Shown here: piece by piece, positions 55,331-64,000 of the stretch
How positions within the stretch are numbered: the stretch's first letter is position 1
Layout: each line of letters starts with the position of its first letter
Origin: Eledone cirrhosa
Lineage: Eukaryota
Reading direction: 5' to 3'
Length of the DNA: 64,000 nt
NCBI GenBank assembly: GCA_964016885.1
Contig: OZ024742.1
Location: 322,896,001 to 322,960,000 of the forward strand
Notes under the pieces: generated by a model
The model's database searches: none
Seen by the model: only the letters and a program-made list of their open reading frames with translations
What the model was told of the DNA's origin: nothing
Position numbers and translations under genes: made by a program

Positions 55331-55517
55331 GAATTTTTTAATATAAGGAGCTGTTTCTTTGTTTTTATTCATTATTTTTATTAATTTATATATATATATT
55401 GTATATATGTTATATATATATATTGTATATATATATTATATATATGTTATATATCTATATTATATATATATATTATATATATATATATTATATATATATA
55501 TTATATATATATATTAT

Positions 55518-57790
55518 AAGAAGGTAGCTTGGAAGTGTCACTACGAAAGGCTTCTAAATGAGGAGAACAAATGGGAGAAAGACAGTCTCCCCCAGATCGA
55601 TCCAATAGAGGGACCAGCAGTGTTAGTTGAAGGTAGTATAATAAGTAAGGCAATCAAAGATATGAAGACGGGTAAGGCGGCTGGGCCTTCGGAAATAGTT
55701 GCTGAGATGCTGAAGGCATCTGGTTCGGTGGGACACACCATGGTCACCCGGATAGTTAACCAAGTCGTACAGAATGGGGTTGTTCCGAAGGAATGGCGTA
55801 GCAGCATCATCGTTAACTGCTATAAGGGAAAAGGAGATGCCCTAGATAGGAGTAACTATAGAGGCATTAAATTAATCGACCAGGTCATGAAGGTCACGGA
55901 AAAAGTAATAGCGCAACTAATCAGAGAGAGAATTGATCTAGATGAAATGCAGTTCGGGTTTGTGTCAGGCAAAAGTACCACAGACGCTCTTTTCATTGTA
56001 CGACAACTACAGGAGAAGTACCTAGCTAAAAGTAAACCCCTATACTTAGCTTTTGTCGACTTGGAGAAAGCCTTCGACAGAGTCCCCCGTTCCATTATCT
56101 GGTGGTCTCTTAGAAAACTAGGTGTTGACGAATGGCTTGTGAGAGCTATACAAGCCATGTATAAAGAAACAGTCAGTAAGGTTAGAATTAACAACGAATA
56201 TAGTGAAGAGTTTAGCGTAAAAGTTGGTGTCCATCAGGGCTCTGTACTTAGCCCCCTACTATTTATTATTGCCCTTCAGGCTATAACAGAGGAGTTCAAG
56301 ACCGGCTGCCCATGGGAACTCCTATACGCAGATGATCTAACGCTCATAGCTGAATCAATGACCGAACTAGAGAAGAAATTCCAAACGTGGAAGCACGGCC
56401 TAGAATCAAAAGGCCTTAAAATTAACCTGGCTAAGACTAAAGTTCTAGTTTGTAGGAAAGAAAATAAGGCGGCGGTCCCATCGGGGAAATGGCCATGCTC
56501 AGTGTGTAGGAAAGGCGTAGGTAGAAACTCCATTTTATGTCCCAAATGCAAAGTATGGGTGCATAAAAGATGTAGTGGGATCACAGGTAAGCTAACTAAG
56601 AACATAGATTTTACATGTGGCCGGTGCTCTGGTGCAATAAGTAGCAGCAAGTGCCCACAAAATACTAGCTCCTTCAACTGCGCAGAGGGTTCTATAGAAA
56701 TAGTGGACAGCTTCCGTTATCTGGGTGACAAAATCAGCAGTGGGGGAGGGTGCTCTGAAAGTACAGTAGCTAGAGTCAGAACTGGATGGAAAAAGTTCAG
56801 AGAGCTTATACCACTATTAGCCGCTAGAGGGTTCTCCCTAAAAATGAAAGGCAGGTTATACGATGCCTGCATACGAACAGCAATGCTGCATGGCAGTGAG
56901 ACCTGGGCATTGTGTGCAGAGGATATACGCAGACTAGAGAGGAACGAAGCTTGCATGCTCCGCTGGATGTGCAATAGTAATATACGTGAACAGCAAAGCA
57001 TAAACGAACTAAGGAAAAAATTAGAAATAAGAGGGATCAGATGTTGTTTACTCGAGAGAAGGCTACGTTGGTACGGTCACGTGATGCGCATGAAAGACGA
57101 CAGCTGTATAACAAAGTGCAGGGCAATAAAGATAGACGGTAGCCACGGAGTAGGCAGACCCAGAAAAACATGGGACGAGCTGATAAATTCCGACCTCACA
57201 CGCTTACACCTCTCCAAGACAATGTCACTGGACCGAGACCTTTGGCGGTACTCAGTAATAGAGAAGACCCGCCTTACCTGAATACAAAGTAAAAACCTAC
57301 TACAGTCAGTAGGCACCTCTATCAAAACACACCCCCGTCCCACCACCTCCACCCCACCCACACCGCCCCTTTCAATGTAAAGTTATGTTGGTCCCACAAC
57401 ATCCAGGCCGAAACAAATGAGATCGTGTAGGTGTCACGACAAAAAACACACAGTCCACGCTGTAAATGTGGCCGTGTAGGCAACACGGTAAAAACCGCCC
57501 AGCCCCACACTGTAAATGTGGTTGGTGTTAGGAAGGGCATCCAGCTGTAGAAAACCCGCCAGACAGTCCACGCTGTAATGTGGCCGTGTAGGCAACACGG
57601 TAAAAACCTCCCAGCCCCACACTGTAAATGTGGTTGGTGTTAGGAAGGGCATCCAACTGTAGAAAACCCGCCAGACAGTCCTATGCGAGCAAGACAACCA
57701 CTCTTGCCTCAAGTGGGTAAACCCCCGTCCAAACCCATGCAAGCGTGGAACACGGACGCTAAACCTGATGATGATGATGATGATGATGAT
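55518..57790 (+). mobile_element. RTE LINE family A, 5'-truncated, RT frame open; about 116-bp tandem duplication in 3'UTR
   Basis: ORF to 57281 closely matches 28375-30135; (GAT)n tail. Confidence 0.96.
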
Positions 57791-57801
57791 ATATTATATA
57801 T

Positions 57802-57833
<32 letters not shown>

Positions 57834-57955
57834 ATTATATATATATATTATATATATATATTATATATATATATTATATATATATATTATATATATATGT
57901 TATATATATATGTTATATATATATGTTATATATATGTGTTATATATATATATTAT

Positions 57956-58800
57956 ATCATCATCATCATCATTTTACGTCCGCTTTTCCCTGCTTGCAAG
58001 GGTGGGACGGGTCTTATTCAGCACAGCATCTCTCCACTCGTCACGGTCCCTCGTCATCTCCACTGTGAGCTTCAATGATCTGAGGTCTGTTCTCACCACC
58101 TCCGCCCATGTTTTTCGTGGTCTACCTCTACCACGTCTTCCTTCAACTGGCATTTCCTGGCACTTCTTCACCCATCGGTCATCCTCCATGCGCATCACAT
58201 GTCCATACCACCTCAGTCTCCTCTCCCGTACACTACATTCTATCCCTCTCAGACACAGTTTCTCTCTCAACACATTTATGCTGGGTCGTTCACGCACATT
58301 TACACTGCACATCCAACGGAGCATGCTTGCCTCATTTCTCTCCAGCAGTCGCATATCCTCTGCAGTTGCTGCCCATGTCTCACTACCATGCAGCATCGCG
58401 CCCCTCACACAGGCATCATACAACCGGCCTTTTGTACGCAGGGAGAAACCCTTCTTCGTCAACAGAGGAAGCAGCTCCCTAAACTTCTTCCAACCCGTCC
58501 TTATTCTAGATACTATGGCCTCGGAACACCCTCCTCCCATGCTAATCTGATCTCCTAGGTACCGGAAGCTATCCACCACTTCTATAGCGCCCTCTTGCAT
58601 TTGAAAAATGTGTCTGTCAGTGCGACTTCTACTGTCTAATTTCCCTGTACATCTACTGCATACATATTTCTCCCTACCTGTAAGTTTGCCTGCTATCCCG
58701 CTACATCTCTTGTGTACCCAGGATCTGCATTGTGTGCATTTTATAGAATTTATGCCAGTTCCTTTTCTGCATATCGAACATGGCCATTTCCCTGACGGGA
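57956..58800 (-). mobile_element. RTE LINE family B, 3' fragment
   Basis: ORF PSGKWPCSIC...TRPTLASREKRT; matches 42333-43162. Confidence 0.95.
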
Positions 58801-59129
58801 ATATATGTATATATTTCTCACTCACTTTCCTTATTGCTCTCTCTCTCTGGATATTTTGTTGGATTTAGATACACATTGGTACCTCATCATTCACTTGATT
58901 GCTAAGACATGCTCACACACATACTCCTGTGAACTGCCTGGCAGTGGCTGGTGCAATCTGTTTTTATTTTAATGTTATCTACTTTGTTTTTTGTCCACCC
59001 TCTTGTTCCCCAGCCCGCACAGTTATTTCTGTCTATCTTTCCTTCATTCTTCCATTAGTTTTCCTCAAAATGTCAAGATGAAATGTGTAAACAGTTTTGT
59101 TACCGCCCCCCCCCCCACACACACACACA

Positions 59130-59180
<51 letters not shown>

Positions 59181-59607
59181 CAAGAAATGAGATAGATGCT
59201 CATTGTACTACTCTCTATATTCAAATTTCACTCTCAGTGTTGCTGTCTGTACAAACAGAACTCGCATTTCCCACTACTCAACCTTTATGTGAATCTTTTA
59301 ATAAAAAGTCTCCTTTCTCACTCTAAATACATCTACCACTAGCAGACTTTTTCGTTTTTTTGACTCAGTCTCCTTTTCTCTTACTCAGTCTTTCTTTTTC
59401 TGGCTCAAATTCTCCCTTCATCACTCCTCTAAATACATGTTCTTCCTCTCGTTCAAAGTTCCTCCTTTCTCACTCCTAAATAGATCCCTATAATTACCAT
59501 TATCCAGTGTCGTTTTCATTGTCTTTTGGGTATGATTTGTGGAATATTTGGCTTCCTCATTGCTGTGGAGGTTAAGTAGAGGTAACTGGTTGAGGTATTG
59601 AGTCACT

Positions 59608-60570
59608 GATGTTGTTTAACCCTTGGTCAACTCTAATCAAAGGTCCTTCCAGGCATGACCATCCCTGCGATTACCCTTATAAAATGGGTCATTCAGTTTT
59701 TATCCTGATAAAGTATGGTTTATGGGGAGATTTGACTGCTATTTCGAACTAGCCAAACACTTAGAGGCCCCCCTTGTTGATTTGAACTTTAAGACAGGAA
59801 AAGTGGTGGAGATATTGAGTCCTCATTGTTGTTTAAACTCAGGTCAGCTCTAATTAAATACATTCCACCTATGACCATCTCAGGAACTACATTATCCAAA
59901 GCAGCCTTAATTTTTTTATGGTATTAGGGTATGATTTCTGTAGAGATTTGGCTGCTATTTCTAACTAGTAAACAACCACTTTGAAGCTCCCTTATTGATG
60001 TATCATATTTATAAGAGGTGATGTAGTGGTGGTGGTGGTGGTGGTGTTTGAGCTCCTATTATATTATTGATATAATTTTGATAAGCTCCAGTTATCATGT
60101 CATCGTCATCAACCATCATTAGTTTTGGCATGTTATTAAACTGTGAATGAATTGCTGTGTAACAGGTTTTATCATAGCTGTGTTGTGGTGAGAATTGGGT
60201 GGCTGGCAGTTATGGTTTTTAAGTTCGGCCTTCTTTTCTCTATCTCGTGTTGTTACTTATAAGATAGGATTAACATAACTTGCAATTTTCATCACCACCA
60301 TCATCATCATCACCCTCACTATCATCATCATCATCATTAGCTTAATGTTTATGGTTTACATTCTTGCTTCAGGCAGTGTTGTTGTTGAGCTCGAGATCAG
60401 CTTTGATAATCAAAAGCATTCCAGCCATGACCATCATGTAAGCCTGGATTACATTTTCAGTTGCACTCTGCTTTCTTTTTTTTTTTTTTTTACAAAAAGA
60501 CAGTAGGGTGTAATTTGCAGAATATGTGGCTGCTATTTCTAGCAAACTGAATGATTACATAAAGGATCCT
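59608..60570 (-). mobile_element. Three decayed copies of a SINE-like repeat (about 59608-59780, 59827-60000, 60378-60570)
   Basis: Shared gttgtttaa...ggtcagctct...atgaccatc...gagatttggctgctatttcta blocks; partial + copy at about 63468-63510. Confidence 0.6.
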
Positions 60571-60770
60571 TTGTTAGGTTTTGTATCAGTGAATGTTTGT
60601 ACCTAAGACTGAGTTAGAGATTAGAGTACAGTCATCAGTATAGAGAAGTTCACAAACTTTGATATCTACACTTTCAACCTTCTCAGGTTGAATAGCTGGC
60701 CTACCATCCTAAATATATTCATATCTCTCTTTTGAAAAGAGGGTTTTGTGCTGCTATTTCTCTCTCTCTT

Positions 60771-60953
<183 letters not shown>

Positions 60954-61040
60954 ATGCGAAAAGTAAACAGAAATAACAAAGTAGACAACATAGTACAATG
61001 AAGAAATATATTAGTTTGACACCTGGTATAGCAGTAAAAG

Positions 61041-61080
61041 AGTCTTTACGTTTCAGACACTAGTCCTTCATCAGGAGATA
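61041..61080 (-). ncRNA. Minimal hammerhead-like motif with decayed stem I
   Basis: Minus: CTGATGA-a-ggac-tagt-gtct-GAAA-cg-TA; stem I only 3 bp. Confidence 0.55.
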
Positions 61081-61902
61081 GAATGAGAAATAAAAGATGA
61101 AATAGAAAGATAGTGAGAGATAAGAGGAAGGAACTGAAACATTTTTTGGGGGGTGGGGAGCATGTGTTCAGTCAGTACACACACATCAACACAGCTATTA
61201 TTAAATCTGATTTTATTAAAAAGTGTGTGTGTGTGATCCATAAATTTCAATGTTTGATTGGGTGGCAGGCTTCATACAGATATGTTGGCTGTTAAGTTGA
61301 TTGGTGCACTGGGTGCTTGCTTGACTGACTGACTGGCTGGCTGGCTGGTTGGTTGGATAACTAGATGACTAGTTAGTTGGCAAGTCGACTGGTTGGATGG
61401 CTGGCCAACTAGTTGGTTTGTTGGGTGGGTAGATGGGTGCTTGATTGGTTGAAAAGCAGAGAAAATCTCAAGAATGCATGTTTGACAGGTTTGTAGGAAA
61501 ATTTTATATATCTTCTGGTCAAGTTGACAGTTGGTTGTGGTGGTGGTTGTATTGGTGCAATGATTATTTTTGTTATTGTTGTTTGCTTACTCTTAGGTTG
61601 GTCATGAATAAAAACGAATGATGAGAGGTACTCCAGCCATGACATCTCGTATTTTTAAGGATATAATGTGGGGTTTTTTTTTTGGGGGGGGGGGGGGGGG
61701 TCAGAGAGAAATGGGTAGGGCCTATTACCTTTTCCAAAACCTCTCAGATTATTGAGAAGGAGGTAGATATCCTCAAACTGGAGTCTACCTCCCAAGTAAG
61801 CTATGATAGAATTTGAACTCAAAATACAAGAATCCAGAACAAATACAAGACATCCTATATAACACTTTAATGACTCCACCAGCCCAATACTCTACACTGG
61901 TA

Positions 61903-62206
61903 CAGGCTTATCCAAAATTCAAAATTCCAAAAAATTTTCTAGTGCTTACATGACTCACCAAGAATGGAAAATTCTACAAAGTATCGGGAAAATTCCTAAG
62001 TGATGTGTTGTTATTGTGCATCACATGGTAGCTATTTTAAGTGACCTCACTCGCTCTGAGGTGGGGCTTGCAGTGTCCAGTTAAGTTGGCACCAGTTTGC
62101 TGTTAGCAGTTGTCATGGCAACACTTAAATCCAAATCATTTCTGGTCCAAAGCAAATCCAAATCATTTCTGGTCCAAAGCATTTTGGATAAAGGATTCTT
62201 AACCTG
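61903..62206. mobile_element. pogo/Tigger-like MITE remnant
   Basis: TA|cagg...cttatccaaaat and attttggataaaggattcttaacctg|TA termini resembling Tigger4-type TIRs; internal 27-bp tandem duplication. Confidence 0.6.
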
Positions 62207-62394
62207 TATTTCATTTGTGATCAAATGTATTTTACTGAGAGGAAAGAACAGAATTGTATTTCAAACTCTTGTCTTTGTTATCTTGAAGTACACAAATACA
62301 GGCAGTTAGACTTGTAGAGAGGTGGTGCAACACTTGTGAGACATACAGCTAGACAGTAATTTTGGCTGATAATCTGTAAAATGACAATCACCAT

Positions 62395-62640
62395 CCATAT
62401 CGTCATCATCACTGTTTAATGTCTATTTTCCATGCATGCAGAAGTTAGACAGACAGCTGTCATGTTATGAGACTAGACAGGTCAGACGATCACGCCTTGT
62501 TCATACCATCTACCTTGGGCTTGATTTTTTTTTATGGCTGGATATCCTTCCTAAGGCCAACCACCTTATAGTGTGAGCTGGGAACGTTTTTCATGGTACC
62601 ACCTTACAGTGTGAGCGGGGAACTTTTTTCATGGTACCAG
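62395..62640 (-). mobile_element. Old RTE-3'UTR-related SINE fragment
   Basis: catcatcactgtttaatgtc tail and ggctggatatccttcctaaggccaaccacctta motif. Confidence 0.55.
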
Positions 62641-62919
62641 CTCTACTACTTTACAGGGTGGATTGGTTGTTTTTGTCATAACACTGCCTTATGGAAGAGA
62701 ACTGAGTGCTGTAAATGAGATTTACGTCTCACACCTATACAATTTTAACAAGGTTGCTTTTCATAGGAGGTTTCTTGGGTGTTTTAATGATCCAGGCCTC
62801 AGGCCTATCAAGAAAAGCAGCATGGTGGGAAGACAGACTGACAGTAACTTTAGTGGTGGAGAAAATGTCAATTTTTGTTATATATTCTTATCAAGTTGTG
62901 TTCTATCTTTGTTTTGTAG

Positions 62920-63047
62920 ATACTGCCACTTTGGTGTTTAACAACAAGGCAAAAGCTCTGAGAGAAATGAAGAAATACAAAGATGCCAGGTTCAAATCTT
63001 TCCAGACATATCAGGAAGCTGATGAGTTTACTAAATTAAATTTATCT
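62920..63047 (+). CDS. ANKLE2: Probable internal host exon: caulimovirus viroplasmin/RNase H1-N-like domain, ANKLE2-like
   Basis: Acceptor tctttgttttgtag, donor gtgagt; 128 nt, phase 1 to 0; VFNNKAKALREMKKYKDARFKSFQTYQEADEF resembles the recalled ANKLE2 segment VYENKKEAL...RFKAF.TREDAEKF. RNase H1 is the alternative. Confidence 0.65.
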
Positions 63048-64000
63048 GTGAGTAGTTTCTATTTCTTCGTTTTTTTTTCTTGTGGTCCTTTCTATACCAC
63101 AATGATGGAGGAGCCTCTATACCAGCGATTCCCAAACATTTTTTACTTATGGCACACTTTAAAACTAATAAAAATATTTTGGTACACTTTGTATCTAAAT
63201 TTGAAAATGTATTCAATAGATATATTTATACATATAAGCATAGCATAAAGTAGAAATGTAGATAATTTATCAATGAGAAACATATGCTTGGTGTGTCTGG
63301 GCAATGTTTCCTTTGATATAACTTAGTTTCCCCACTTTGACAGTTATATATGAACTTTATCACAAAAATTCAACTTGTATTTTTCACATTTTGAAATAAA
63401 ATTTTGCTCTTTCAGGGTGAATCAGTATGTCAAGGTGTATAATTTAGGAACCATTGTTCTACATTGTCACTCAACCTACTAGAAATAGTAGCCAAATCTG
63501 CATCAAATTTACTCCACTGCCTCAAAACAAAAGTTGTAGGGGAAGACATAATGGACAATGTAGTCCTAGATATACAATATAGATTGATTATAAATGGTGG
63601 TCAATACATCGATCTCCATTGTTCAATCGATCCTCTGAAACGATCGTAAAACAATGAATTAACTCTCTACCTACACCTGACTCTGTAACGCAGACTGATT
63701 TTCTTCGAGGATATCTTAGGCCGTGATCACCTACCACAAGAACTACTAGTCACACTGCTGATTCTCGTCGCAACTATCCTTCCTAGGATACTTTGAGTTC
63801 TAATGTTATTAGCTCCACCACAACCAGTGCTCATTCAGTTTAATGTTTGAGTTGTGTATCAGTTGCCCCTTTTCCCATGGAAATTAAAAATGAAAACTGA
63901 GCATAAAACTACTGGATTTCAAAGCCTCTATTCAAAATATATGGTAAATCTTGTATATAAATTAAAGGTGTGACTTATCTACTGGTGTGGCATACAAGTG

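Larger units (their letters stand above)
53597..55385 (+). mobile_element. Decayed Penelope-like element (GIY-YIG remnant + 3'UTR with SINE insertions)
   Basis: 53598 onward reads KGNCLINNIVYKCKVNTKDSIYSYIGATSNQFKVRFNTHKHSFK; hammerhead at 55197. Confidence 0.8.

Noticed and set aside
62663-63248. Full 177-aa and 92-aa ORFs as genes
   Set aside because: Only 62920-63047 has splice signals and a recognisable motif; the rest is intron read-through.
63533-63656. Functional hammerhead
   Set aside because: GAAA-cgatcg-TA and stem II remain, but the CUGA box reads GGGGAAGA; decayed relic only.

Overview
AT-rich eukaryotic DNA, most likely an octopus or related coleoid (inferred from recalled SINE families and the (TA)n-rich landscape). 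Bases 1-58,800 are a retroelement nest built in very long (TA)n arrays. It holds remnants of several Penelope-like element (PLE) families (RT, GIY-YIG, pseudo-LTRs), three RTE LINE families with a PHD finger after the RT core and (GAT)n tails, a near-intact CR1/L2-group LINE plus a 5'-truncated sister copy, SINEs, and Helitron-like pieces with a 27-bp minisatellite. Bases 58,800-64,000 look like ordinary intron with old SINEs, a MITE and one probable host exon (ANKLE2-like, 62920-63047). The long Y/I-rich ORFs are artefacts of the microsatellites. Reading both strands by eye gives nine well-formed and three to four decayed type-I hammerhead ribozymes, all in PLE ends or PLE-like islands, plus repeated fold-back structures at PLE 5' junctions. 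The best lead is an inverted duplication (14389-15578) whose outer edge falls at the predicted hammerhead cleavage site and which also copies about 290 nt of flanking microsatellite. This suggests a ribozyme-released RNA was reverse-transcribed back into the locus, a possible RNA route to microsatellite expansion. All family assignments are from motif recognition; no database search was run.
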